A DNA stretch of 64,000 nt from Psilocybe cubensis (GCA_017499595.2 CM039004.1:1612001-1676000); one strand, 5' to 3'. Counted from the first letter of the stretch, positions 25,756 through 38,381 are shown. Program-made: numbers and translations. The notes: generated by a model not told the origin, from the letters alone.

Positions 25756-28610
25756 TTATCGCCTTTGCTGTTGTTGCCAGACAGCTAGAGGGACATCTTC
25801 CTCTTCTCCTCTTTGAGAGCGACCTTCAGAGGAACGAGGCCGTTTTTCATACGGAGTGGTTGCGTGAGCGCTATGGCCCTTGCGAAGATTGCCATTTGCA
25901 GAGGCTAGCGGGGGTGAAGTATAAGCAGTAGCTGACAACGATCTGCCTGGGCTCTTATGCCCCTGGCTCCTATCACCTAGAGATTCTTGCGAAGTGTTCA
26001 GTTTATGGAGTTGCATCGGCGAGCTTTTTGGAGAGTAAGAGTGTTGTTGTTGTTGGCGTTGATTAGACGGGGGAGAGCGAGACCGACGATGTGCATTGAC
26101 GTTAGAAGGATTTGACTGGTGCATATGATGAGTGGGCGAGGAAGGTTGAGATATCCAATTTGATTGGTCGGCAGGAGCCATCGCCCCCGGTGGCAAGCCA
26201 GGTCTGTGGTGAGGATCTGTAGGCGCCTGGTAATAATATTGCTCTGGTTGCGCTTTTACTTGTGGCTGCACCAGCTTGGGAGGAGAATTAGTGTATGGTC
26301 CAGGTTGTTGAACGCGTTGGTATGATTGAGCACCATTGAGCATTGGTATGGGTGCAGTAGAACTGCGCGTAGGCTGTCCATTGTATCCACCATATTCTTG
26401 TTCCATCACACGATGCTGCATCTCGTATTGAGGGCCCTTAATGGGGGTTTCCGCTCGACGTGTACCTGGTTGCCCACCAGTAGGCGTCTTCGTGAGAGGA
26501 CCTCGCCTTCCCGACTCTTTTTTCTTGAGCTCCATTTCTCGTTCTCGTTCCCGTTGCTCTCTTTCCAACCTTTCCTTTTCTGCCTTTTCGCGCTGCTCTT
26601 TTTCTTTTGCTTCTCTTTCTCTCTGTTCCCTTTCTCTCTCTTCTTGCTCGGCATCTTCCCGGTTATCGCCATTTCCTGAGTTTTGGGTACCGTTGGCAAC
26701 CGATTGCGTTGGACTCGTGGACGGATTCTGAGCCTTATTAATGACCCCCAAGTACCAAAACATAAGGTTACTAATAAGAACTTGTTCATATAGTGGTCTT
26801 CTGGGATTCGCAAGCTTGATGTGGCTCAGTCGGTAAATTGCCCTTTCAACATGAATAGGGTATCTTGCATACGGGTTCCCACCAATTCCAGGAGCCAGTC
26901 CAGGGGATGTTGGAGGCACGTAGGATTTTGATGACTTGGAAGCTCCAAGTAATGCCTGGGCAGCCTCGCGTCCCGAAGTCCCACCAGTCATCGACGACTG
27001 GTAATCCGTGTCCTGCTTTTTCTTCCCGAAGAGAGATCCAAAGAAACCCGATTCTTTTTCTTTCTCAGAGTTGACACGATCGCGACCCTCACGATCCTTT
27101 TCCTTCTGGCCTTTCTTGCCACCTTTGTCGCCTCCCCATTTCGAAAATAACCCCTTCTTGTCCTTTTCCTTTTCCTTGCGAACCTGGGGCGGTATACTTT
27201 GCGGGATTGCGGGTGGAGAAGATTGAACAGGGATTAAACGTCCATTAGCAGCTTCTGATGGTGAAGGAGTTCTTGATGATGTGCTGGGTTCTTGAGTAGG
27301 TTGTGGGACAGCGAGTCGTTGTGGCTGTGGTTGATGTATAACCGCAGGAGGAGTCTCCTGATGAAAAGGGATTGCATCAATTGGTCTCTGAGGCGGCTCT
27401 TCTACTGGAATGGGTATTGGTTCAAGCTGCATTGGTGGTGCCGGTGGAGGAGATGCAGCGGTATCTGGAACGACAGGTATATTCACCTCGTCTTCATCGT
27501 CTCGAGCGTAAGCATCGTAGATAGACGTCTCTTCGCTGTACGAGTCGGGCCTTGCATTGTGGTGAGAACTATCATCTGAAATTGTGGGACGACGAAGGAC
27601 CGAGCTGTAATCAGAATCACCATGATCGCTTGATGATATGTCACTGGATGTCCTAGGTTCAGAGGGAACAGGCGGGGTATTGTTGGCATTTGCTCCTCTT
27701 CGCGAAGCACCAAACCTATGACCGCCGCCATCGCCGGGCAAACCAGGTTTGCGAATCTTCGTCCTAGCTGCTCGCCGTAGGATTTGTCCGGGTGGTGGGA
27801 CAATAATTGGAGCATCTGCCTCGTCACCCATGTCGGGCACCTCATCCATCATAATAGCTAAAACCCCACGTTCTGTGAACACAATTATCATTGAAGAGAG
27901 ACAATTATCATACCGGAAGGAGAGATGTTTAAACTCAAGCTCCTTCTTAAGACACTTCGGAGTCGGGAAGGGTCATCACTCTCCGATGCTTCTTCTGCCA
28001 GCTCCTCCAATTTTTGTAGATCGCTGATGGTTAATTGTGGACCAGGATTGGTTGGGTACATCAAACTGCGATTCCTCTTGAGCGGGACAATGTTTTCCTC
28101 CTCGACTCCATCGTTTTCCTGTGGTCGGTACTGTCTACTCAGCATAGACCGTTTACGATTGAGACTCGAAGAGGAGGACAATGAGGAAGGTGATGTCGGT
28201 TGACCATCTGGCGGAGATCTGGCATGTTCCTTCAAAAAAGCGCGAAATTCTGCAGGTGCGATTTCGGGATGCAAACTCGCTGGAACCCAGAAGAGGTGGA
28301 GAGGGTCATCTGATGGGTTGTTTGGGGCAGGATCTGCTGTGCGACTACTCCCTGGACTAGTGGCAGGATCGGGTGAAGGAAGCCCCTGGACATTGCTGTT
28401 GATGAAGTTGGAATCTGGGGAAGGCGCTGACGCAGCAGGTGTTTTGCCGACCCAATACTGAGCAGTTGGAGAAGAAGGTGGAGATTGATTGGGTAAGTCT
28501 GGGTCGATGGTCAGAGCACCAGGGGTTGTTGACCGTCTCCTAAGGTCCCTAAGGGCCTCCACCTCGCGCTGTATCTCATATTCGGATGGCTGGAGGGGTC
28601 GAGAGGACAT
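25756..28610 (-). CDS. ZDS1: Zds1-family protein (PP2A-Cdc55 regulator, Zds_C domain)
   Basis: LFWVPASLHPEIAPAEF near the N-terminus and Zds_C motif RYPIHVERAIYRLSHIKLANPRRPLYEQVLISNLMFWYL; one intron near 27865-27913. Confidence 0.92.
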
Positions 28611-29128
28611 TTATGACAAGGAGAGGGACAAGGACAACTGTGGTAAGAATTAGCACTATGAGCGTCACAGATTCGGTGCCTGGCCGAAGATCGCAAAAGT
28701 AACAAGGACAATGCGAATGGAAAAGGTTGTGAAAGAACGCATAAAGATACTCACTGGAATGAGACCCGACGTGGTTGGCAACACCTGGGGGTTTTCGAAG
28801 AGACAGGAAGAAGCGGTAGACGGTAAACCAGATCTGCAAATTTGGCAAGTGCCCAAAGGCCGACTCCGCTGCTTGTCGGCAGCCTTAGGCTTCAGCTTCA
28901 GCCGCAGAAAGGGTGACACAAATTACAACGGTTTACGATTGATAATACATGGCACAGAGTATTCTTGTTAAATATTAATAACTACAAAAGAATCGCTGCA
29001 TTCACAGGGCAACGGAGTATATCCACATCGTCACAGCTTCACAGCGAGTCCATCAGGAGACACGGCCTAGCAATGCCTGATCATCTCACGTTCCAGCTCA
29101 GCACACTTTCTCTGATGGACCTGATAGA

Positions 29129-29494
29129 CTATCTTGCGTGCGTATTACTGGTCGATGACGACTGCACATCGGGAGTTGTAGCAGCACCCTCTCTGCGAAG
29201 TTCCTGGATGACAGCCTAGAGAATCGGGCACACATCAGCGCAATCAGCTACGGCTCAGTGGCATTGCCATGTTGAATTAGCATCACAGACAGCAAGTGCC
29301 TCCGGATTCACTCCATTCTCAACCATTCCGACGCATGTTGCAAGCGTCGCCTTGTCTAGCTGAGTATTCAATAGCTGGGATATTTCATAGAGGACTTTGA
29401 AATGTTTCAGCGTAAAGTGGATGCAATAAATCAGGCACATACTATCCAGAGTTTCCTGAGCGGACGAATTTCTCTCTGATTCTTTGGTAGACAT
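29129..29494 (-). CDS. MZT1: Mitotic-spindle organizing protein 1 (MOZART1), 3 exons
   Basis: [49 protein letters not shown]. Confidence 0.93.
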
Positions 29495-29642
29495 AGACAC
29501 TTGGTGCCTTGGTGCAAATGTACTAAGCTTGTACACAGCACAACTGTTCAATCGGACGGAAATAGACGCGCGCTCAACATTCCCACGATTTCTTTTTTGC
29601 TAATCTTAAGTACTACTCAAGTCGCCTCGTCTTCAATACACT

Positions 29643-30360
29643 ATGGCTCCTGCTAGTACCTCCAAGGCTGCGGCTGCCACTAAAAAGGTCAAGAAAGAGA
29701 AGCTGTTCCACCCGGCTTCGAGAAAAGCGGGTCAGCTTGCACGCCACGCTCTGCGCAAGGGAAAGCTGGGTAATCTAACAATGAAACGGAATCAAAAGCA
29801 CGATTCACTAGGCATGTAAACTATATCTCGCTGGTCAGACCGCACTTGTTGAACATTCACCAGTTGACCTTTATGGCTTTTTCTATCATGCCGTCCCAGA
29901 AGAGGGTGTCCTCACGCTTGAGGAGTTGCATCATATCATTAGCGATGTATGGCTGACTCGCTTTGATGAAGAATTGGAGGCCGAGCGGTCAGCAAGGCGG
30001 AAGGGGAGACCAAAATCTGCGAAGGAAATGAAACTGGAAGAACTCAAACTCAGAGAGGCAGAAATTTATCGTACAGGCATGGGTGAGCTTTATTCTTACT
30101 GTCCATTGAATGCCTAATCAGCTGCGTGCTTACCAGAGGTCATTGATCTAACACACCCTCCTACTGTGGAATTATTCCGAAGATGGGATCAGAAAGAAGT
30201 TGCATTTATTCAGCTGCTGCGGTTTATTCGAATATTTAGCACCGACCCACAGCTCGCCTTGGTTTCGCGGCCAGGAAAACACCTGTCTATCACAGTGCCC
30301 CCGCCTGTTCCTGACGACGCTATGGATCTCGCTGAAGAAAACGAAATTAAATTTGCCTAG
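29643..30360 (+). CDS. TMA16: Translation machinery-associated protein 16, 3 exons
   Basis: FHPASRKAGQLAR, WLTRFDEELE..RRKGRPKSAKE, GM|EVIDLT..LFRRWD..LRFIRI. Confidence 0.88.
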
Positions 30361-31092
30361 ATGATCATCGCCGCGATGCTTGTAGCAATGCTTTGGCAAG
30401 ACACGCTGTATTGATGTATTACTACTACCATGCACCGTTGTAAAAATATACGCACGATCCTAGGTTCGTACTTGAACCTTGGTAGTAGGTATCGCTTGCC
30501 TATCACAACGCAATAAGTTTGTATGCCTACTAAATCTGCCGTTAACGAGATGGTGAGGCCAGATGAACCGGCTGGTTATCGAAGAAGGGGTAGTGAGCCT
30601 GCCAGGCGCATCAGGTAAGCACTGTCAGTGTTAATCTCGGATTGACAGGGCCGGTGCGCGGTCACTCGCGGTCACCGCGATTTCGACTCTTGAGCTCTTA
30701 CCAACGAGTCACGACGATCGCACCAATTACAATTTTCGTCTCAGAACATGAAATCCTTCAGCTACAACTCTAGCATTTCGTTACTTGGGCAAACCCTAGG
30801 TTAGCATTTACTCCCGCTTTCAAGCCTTTATACAATCGCTATAAAAATATTTGACCCGACACCCACTTTAGTACTACATACGGCTATCGGTCCTCGGAAA
30901 CTCTGACCTTTCGGTTTCAATTTGACAATCCGGCTTTCGCTCTGCTTTCTGCCTATTAAAAATACATGCAACAAAGTCTGGGCATGCTCCAGGCCTCGGA
31001 TGCTCGCGGAGATACCGAGCACAATTTATAAATTCCAGCCCCTCTTTCGCTTGTCCAAAATTATTTCTCCCCTAACTAGACCTATCTCGTCA

Positions 31093-33242
31093 ATGGCACA
31101 CGAACAACCACCCAAAGTTTTGATAGTAAGGTGAAATGCAGTCTATCGAACCGCTTTTAATGGCTTTCTAGGTTGGAGGAGGCCCCTCTGGGTTGATTCT
31201 TGCCCTTTCTCTTCTTCAAAATGGTGTCCCAGTTAGGATTATCGAGAAAAGTTCGAAACCCAGGCTTGGTCAAAGGGGAGCAGGAATTATGGTGAGCTAC
31301 AACTAATTCCAAATTCTCATTGACATTACAATTTCTTTGATTGTGTGTTTAGCCCCGAACTCTGGAGCTTTTTTCGTATCTTCGTATTGTAGATGAAGTG
31401 ATGAAACTCGGTATCTTGACCCCCAAAGCACGAATATACGAAATGCCAGGAGGAGTGAAAATTAGACATGAATTCGAAATGACGCCCCATAGAGATCCCA
31501 CACCAGCCAACCCTTTTGTGCGAACAACCTTTTTTCGTTGGTGTATTTGAACTCACAGATCAATGTAAAATCTAGTTGAACCCGATCATGCTTGGTCAAG
31601 ACAAATTAGAAAAAATATTCTGGGCCGCACTTGCGAAGTATGGATGCTCTGTTGAACTGGGCACAGAACTTAAATCGTTCACTCAAACGGAGAAGTGCGT
31701 GCACGTCAAGCTCGTACACGAAGCAAGGGGTGACCGGGAGGAGTTCGAAGAGAATTCTGAGTATGAGTGGATGATTGGAACGGATGGCGCAAAAGGAGTT
31801 GTGCGGAAAATGCTAGGTTTATCCTTCCTGGGAGAGACCAGGGTGATAGAAAATTTCATTGTGGGAGACATTGTGGTTGAGGGCCTGTCAAACAAGGTGC
31901 GCACGCCGTCCACCCATCTTTCCTGAAGTTGCTCAGGTTTCATGATTAGTATTGGCATATGTGGGGTGAGGCATCGAATGTCATGTCAGTTGTTTGTTAC
32001 GATAAATTAGTGTCAGATTCTGATTTTCGATTAGGATAAGCTTACGGGGAACAGAAACCCCGAAACTATTCAACTTTGTGGTTGGGGGGAAAAAAATAAA
32101 TCATACGGAGCTCTCCAACGACGTCGCTAACTTGAAGAGATGCTTCATGGAAAACACTGGCACTCGTCCCGACCTCAAGTTTACCGAAATTCCATGGATG
32201 TCCCACTACAGGTATGTTTCGTTAAAGAACCCGGATAACATCATTTCCATACTCAAAGTTTGCCAGACCCAACATTCGAATGGTTCAGAAATTTGGATAT
32301 GGAAGGGTGTATGTAGCTGGAGGTAAGCAAGGTACTTTTGCGTTGTTCTTATGCAAACATTTATTTTGGCAGATGCGGGGCATGTTCATAGCCCAACTGG
32401 AGGCCAGGTATTACCTATCATTCTTGTGATCTCGTCATGCTAAAGGAGCTTCACAGGGTGTGAACACAGGTATTCAGGATTCTTTCAATCTTGGATGGAA
32501 ATTGGCACTGGTCGTCAAAGGATTGGCCGCTCCGGCTCTGTTAGAGACTTTCTCAGAGGAACGCATACCTGTTATCGCCGAAATGATTAGCCAGACGACA
32601 AAGCTTCTCAACAAAGCATTGAATAACCAGGGTGGAGCACTTCAAAGCGGTGGCACCTTGTACCAACTCGGAGTTAATTATCGATGGAGCTCGATAGTGG
32701 TCGATGAACGAAAGGCGATAGAGCTCGACCGCGAAGCTGAGGAAGATGCATACTTACAGGATTTCGAATATCCATCGGAAGAAGAGGAAGCCATTGACTC
32801 GTACGGCAATGACCACGACGGGCAAATACGAGCTGGGGACAGAGCACCTGATTCTTCTAATCTAATAATCCGATCTCCATCCAGCCTCATCAAACAGAAA
32901 TGCCATTTGTTCCAGATTTTCGATTCTTCGCGTCACACTGTTCTCATCTTTGCGGATCTTGTCAACTGTGCTCCAATTCTACAGGCCTGTTCGGCCTATC
33001 CAAAAGGTCTCATTTGCACTGTGGTTGTCGTTGGTGCCAAGAAACCAACACCTGCAAGCGCAACCTTGGCAGACTTCGTTGTGGAAGATCACGACGAAAA
33101 TGCGTATGAATCATATTGTCCAAGTGGTGTGTGTGGGGTGTGCATAGTAAGACCAGATGGTGTCCTCGGCGCGATTGTTCAAGGGCCAGTCTGGATGCAT
33201 CGATATTTCCGGGGAATCTTTTCAGCAAAGTCAATACGATAA
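31093..33242 (+). CDS. FAD-dependent aromatic hydroxylase/monooxygenase (FAD_binding_3 plus C-terminal thioredoxin-like domain)
   Basis: VLI|VGGGPSGL, PRTLE, IGTDGAKGVVRK, G|DAGHVHSPTGGQ|GVNTGIQDSFNLGWKL, AGDRAPD, IVRPDG. Confidence 0.92.
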
Positions 33243-33780
33243 TGTCTTGACGTTGCCTACGTAGAACGAATCTCAATGTTATACTCACCTAATAGCAATC
33301 ATCTAGACTGTACAGATAAAGTAATCCAACATCTAATTATTAATTCGCTTCAATTTTGTTTGAACCTCTGGTCAAAGGTCAATATGTCAATGGTAGCTTA
33401 GACTTCACTTGCAACGAGGAACTCATTTCCAAGCTCTCATTGTGTGAATTTGAGCAAAAAACACTTGAATGCCGGGCCGATGCTTGAGTTATTTTAGAAT
33501 AAATGTCACCGTCTATACAAAGTTGTCGTTCATCTTGACCACAAAGCATCCAACCAAAGCCTTTCTGTGAATGAAGACTGATTTTCATTCCGATGTTTCG
33601 CGACGACTCAATAACTGTTCCTCGGAATGCCGAAAATGCTATCGTTCACCCTGCTCTCACGCTATATAGAGCCACCTAGCCTCGTGTTCGTGTACCACTG
33701 CTACCCTGATGCCCAAGTCAGGATGACTCTCAAACCAGACCTGCCACCAACAAATCATTGGGCCTTAATCGTGTCGATTC

Positions 33781-34648
33781 ATGGATTCGTCTAACGTTTT
33801 GAGTGACGACGAGTACGACGTTATCTCCAACCCTGGATCTAGGTCATTAGAATCCAGCATTGCTGACTTTCACTTCGAAGCCCGTGAACCGCCGGCCTTT
33901 CGGGATGCACAGGAACGATTCGAAACGACGCGATGGACTGCTAGTGAAATTCAGTTATATGTTCGAAAAGGACTGGGCTTATCGGACAGTATTCAAGCCA
34001 CTTCTTTTGACAACAAGAGAATTCGTATTTACGTGGATGGCATCTTCGATGGCCTGGATGTCAGGTACAACCTATCGTCTGATCGTTCACGTCGGGGATT
34101 GACAAGAACTGATTACTTCCCTGCTTTGCAGTGACGCTCTTAAGTTACGGCAAGCTAAATTAGCTTTTCCTTCAGTTCACCTTATGGTTGGAGTCTTTTC
34201 AGACCAAGCTCTGCAAATGCACAACCATAGCAGCAACAGGCCAGAAATCGAAAGGGCAGAGCTTGTCAGGCATTGTCGATGGATAGACGAAGTTGTTAAG
34301 GATGCGCCATGGGAACTCACTCCTAAGTTCTTAACAGACAAATCCATTGATTTTGTTGCTATCGACGAGGGAACGTCTATTGACCCAAACTGCGATAAGG
34401 CCCGGGTGTTGGCGTACGACGAACTAAAGAAACATGGTTCTTAAATTATTTACTTGGCGAATGGATGACTTTTTCTGACTCCCCTACTAGGTAAAATCAT
34501 TAGGACGCGAAGGACCCTAGGACTTGCTCCTAAGCAAACCCAGGTTTCGTGTAATCCTTCTGGTAGGGCAACTCCGACACTGTCGTCGAGTAGGACGGAT
34601 GCTCCAGACTTTATAGGGCATGTTGACATTTATGGGATAGGGTACTAG
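33781..34648 (+). CDS. Cytidylyltransferase (PCT1/CCT)-fold protein with degenerate HxGH motif; 3 exons
   Basis: RIYVDGIFD, QAKLAFPSVHLMVGV, ERAELVRHCRWIDEVVKDAPW, IDFVA and LKKHGK..RRTLG. The HxGH position reads DVSD. Upstream TATATA near 33663. Confidence 0.85.
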
Positions 34649-34849
34649 TCAAGTCCGCTTAGTTTAGGTGGGAATGTGTATTTTTAAACGCGCGCCTCGT
34701 AACTGTGATATATTCTTAGAGTTTCGAAGTCGTTATAAGAGCGTACTTTTAGGCCATACCAAATATTGGACCTCTTCGTACTACCCGCCAGTATCGCATC
34801 TGATAAGAGCATATAAGACGGTTGCTGATCACAGCCTCTCGTATTGGCA

Positions 34850-34937
34850 GTCGATATATCTGTCTTCAATTGCATTCTCCCTAACTGATAGGTGTCGATA
34901 TATCTGTCTTCAATTGCATTCTCCCTAACTGATAGGT
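34850..34937. repeat. Perfect 44-bp tandem duplication (2 copies)
   Basis: GTCGATATATCTGTCTTCAATTGCATTCTCCCTAACTGATAGGT at 34850-34893 and 34894-34937. Confidence 0.97.
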
Positions 34938-35251
34938 CTCTAGTCCTTAACGTGGCCTCAACTGTCATTATTATCAGATTTAAAGATTTAAAGACTTGGG
35001 GGTCTCTGCTAGTCTTTGCTGCGCGTCTTCTTGCCTCCATTTCAAATAGATGATCGAATGCAACGATCGGCGCCATCATTTCCTTCTGTCGTCGGTGCCG
35101 CTTTGTAGTACTTTGTCGGCGCTTTCTGATGCCTCCGAGTTTTTTTTTTGACTCACCAGTGCATCTATGATCTTGCAGTGACTCAAAGGGGCATTTGACG
35201 ACGACGGCATTTCTCTGTTTCATTTCTTTGCTATGGACCATTCAGTCAATC

Positions 35252-36238
35252 ATGGACTCAAAAGTTTCTCATTCTCGCACTGCAACTTCTAGGCCCTGCG
35301 ACAGTGACACATATCGACTATTGCCAACCGAACTCCTTGAACAAATCCTTACCGAAGCATGGGTCTCTTCGATGTCTCCCGAAGAGCGAAAAAAATTTGT
35401 GAAAACGATATCCCGCGCGTCCAAGACATGGGCAGCTACTCTGGCAAGGGTATGCTCCAGAGATGTATACATTATTGAAGAGGAACTACAATTTCCCAAA
35501 AGAATCGAAACAGATTATTCCTCCTTCCAACTTCGTCGTTCATTGACTCGACAACTCCCACTCCCTTCATTTGCCTTGACGACATACGGCTCATTCACCC
35601 AATTCGAGCGCCTTAGGAAAAGGGCGATGAAAGACCTCCTATCCACATTTCGAGGACTACCTTACGCTCCCAATTTATCAAAACTTTCGGTCGAATATTT
35701 CAGTCAAGGAACTAGCTCTTGTTCGATCATAGCTTTCGACGTCCGAGTGATCCGCATGGAGGTGGAATATAATTTTGTACCAGATACACCCTCGTGGCTG
35801 CTAGATGAATTGGGTCTCACTGGTCGGGGCAGGCTGTCAAAATCAAGCCATACTCCTTGGGAGATACCTGACCTGGACCACATATCGACATCGGATAGTG
35901 ACGCATCTGCCTTTGGGGATATTCTGAGACTTTGCCCTCACCTCGAAATGCCGACAACGAAAACATTTGGAATCAATTTGAGAATTTTGTCGTCTTCAGA
36001 CTATGTGCCACAGCATTCCTCCATTGTTCACGGACCGGTCTCCTTCCCAAAATTTCTGGGGTGGATATCAGAAAATGACCTCAAACAGCATAGAAATGGA
36101 TGTATACCAGAGGGGATATGTGGGAAATCTCTAGGCCTTGTCCTCGACAACCCCATATACAGTCGCGGTCGTTCGCAGGATTTGACGAATATGATAAGGA
36201 ATGTCGGCGTATTTACCCAGAGGTCTGGCTCTTCCTAA
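35252..36238 (+). CDS. Intronless hypothetical protein with N-terminal F-box-like motif
   Basis: 328-codon ORF from ATG 35252 with LLPTELLEQILTEAW...ISRASKTW; the remainder is unrecognised. Confidence 0.65.
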   Translation: MDSKVSHSRTATSRPCDSDTYRLLPTELLEQILTEAWVSSMSPEERKKFVKTISRASKTWAATLARVCSRDVYIIEEELQFPKRIETDYSSFQLRRSLTRQLPLPSFALTTYGSFTQFERLRKRAMKDLLSTFRGLPYAPNLSKLSVEYFSQGTSSCSIIAFDVRVIRMEVEYNFVPDTPSWLLDELGLTGRGRLSKSSHTPWEIPDLDHISTSDSDASAFGDILRLCPHLEMPTTKTFGINLRILSSSDYVPQHSSIVHGPVSFPKFLGWISENDLKQHRNGCIPEGICGKSLGLVLDNPIYSRGRSQDLTNMIRNVGVFTQRSGSS

Positions 36239-36391
36239 ACATAGCGTTTTGTCATTGGGACAATAATTTATCCATATAGTATTTTAACCTCTAAATAACC
36301 TGTGTAGCATACGGGATGTGAATACTAATACAGTACGTAAAATCGTGCATAATACAAGTTGCATTGCTCATGCAAATCGAATTTTGTCTTG

Positions 36392-38271
36392 CTATTCTAA
36401 AGTTGTTTGAATGATGCCTCTCAACTGTTTTCTATGCACGCCTTTATGTCGATTGAGCTGATCTGGCCGAGCAAAAGATTTATTGCAGCCTGGTTCCATA
36501 CACGTATAGGGTCTCGCTCCTGTATGGGTCCGAAGCTAAAGTCAAAGAAAGATATCAATAATAAAATAAGAAACAATCAATGAAATAAGATGTACATGTT
36601 TAGAGAGGTTTGATGATTCTGCGAATCCTCTGTATAAGAAATATTGTTCATAAGTATATATATTGTTATCAGAAAACACAGGACACACGAACCGATCGCA
36701 GAAAGTACATTTGAAAGGTTTATCCCCATTGTGCGTCCGTTTATGAATTGTCAGAGCACCCGTGATAGCAAATGATTTACCACAACCAGGGTGGTCGCAA
36801 ACGTAAGGTTCTAAACGTATGATGAAATTAAATGTCATAATGAAAATAACATCACGGTGTAGCTTACTTTCTTGCGTATGTCGTCTGATGTGCTGTTGAA
36901 GCGTGGCTGCTTCAGAGAAATTTTGTTGGCATATCGTGCATTGAAAAGGTCGGTGACCTGTGTGAGACTTTTGATAAAATCGTGTTCATGTCAAAGTTGT
37001 TAACAAAAATGGTTTATGACAATTCATACCTGAACGTGCCGGCAGATTTTTTGTTTACTCTGAAAGCCATGGCTTCCGTTCCTCGTACACTGGTCCCAAA
37101 AGCATTCATAATGTGCCTTTCCACCTCCTATGTGAACTGATGTGATGTGTGCCGTTAGGTCGTCGCAAGAGCCGAATATTTCTCCACAATTTTTCCATCG
37201 ACATTCGTGTATGTCGTTGCAAGAGTGCTGAGTCGTTGAAGCCACAGTTGACGCCGGTGAGGGTGATTTTGATTTTGCTAACCTTATGTTCTCAGTTTTG
37301 GGATTCAGCATTGTTTGAGGAACCGAAGAAGGTGGGGGGTACGGGGATGGCAGGCGACTTGACGAAGGCCTGAGGCGGGATGGGAAGGAGACCCCAATAT
37401 GGTCGTTTAGTACATGACTGGCAAGCAATTCAATGTCGTTGGGAGACAAATGATACGAACTATCGCACTCCGCCCACAGACACGGTAATTGATTCTGAGA
37501 CATTGTCTGGTTAAAGGTTTGGTTCCAGGAATTATCCTGAAGTGTGGGAATATGGGTATTAACATGCCCTGCCAGTTCCGATATGGATGAGAAGGTGTCC
37601 TGACAAGAGTCCCACAAGCAATTTACCAGATCTTGAGGTGGAGGCGAGCCTGAAAACGATTCGGGTTGGAAAGTGCTCTGCTCGGATGCGTATGGAGCTC
37701 TAGGTTCAAAAGAATTTAAACTTTTTGCACCAGAATTTTCGGGCTCGGGAGGTGCATATGAATCTATTTGCCGATCGTGCGCCATAGGTTTGGCCATGTC
37801 AACCATATGATGGCCACACCATATGCTCAGATTCTCAAAGGTCGAATCCCATATAATGGCAGGGGTAGTGGAAGCGACTTGAGGCTGAAACCGTGGAGGC
37901 TCCTGTTGGTATGGATGGTAATCATCGCAGCATCGCAGCTATAGTTTCATGAGGTAAGACAAAAGCGTTCGCGACTATGATAAGATACTAACAAAGGCAT
38001 CAAAGCCATGGCAATCAGTGCATTCGACATCCTCGTCGCAAATGAGGTCGCAGTGCGTATGAGCACCATCTCTGTCGCAGATTGATTCTTCGTGATTGGG
38101 GTCGCTGCATGCAATGACTACACATTGGTCGGTGCATTGCGATGTGAGTTCACTGGATGGACCGCATAGAGGATCCGAGCAGTCAGTGTCTGGTCCAGTG
38201 CAGCCAGCACAGACGACACCTGAGGTGCCATAGAGTCGGCTAGTAGACCTAACCAAGGGATTGTGAGCCAT
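36392..38271 (-). CDS. ZAP1: Zinc-responsive C2H2 transcription factor (Zap1/ZafA-like)
   Basis: Cys/His-rich N-terminus, CxW-type fingers (CLWDSC, CLWAEC, CRWKNC, CFWDQC), then a C-terminal array with [20 protein letters not shown] and [10 protein letters not shown], matching recalled Zap1 fingers. Confidence 0.85.
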
Positions 38272-38381
38272 TGGGAGAGCTGACCGAAGATTGTTTGAAA
38301 CGAAGCGGAACTCAGTGCCGTGTCAACACAGACTTGCATTTTATAAATCACACCCGCTTCCATGACTGGGCTGGTTCTCAA

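Noticed and set aside
36368-36394. TAG CAA readthrough context at the ZAP1-like stop; cryptic PTS1 signals at other stops
   Set aside because: Does not match CARNBA and the extension ends in RFA; no PTS1 tripeptide at the stops examined.
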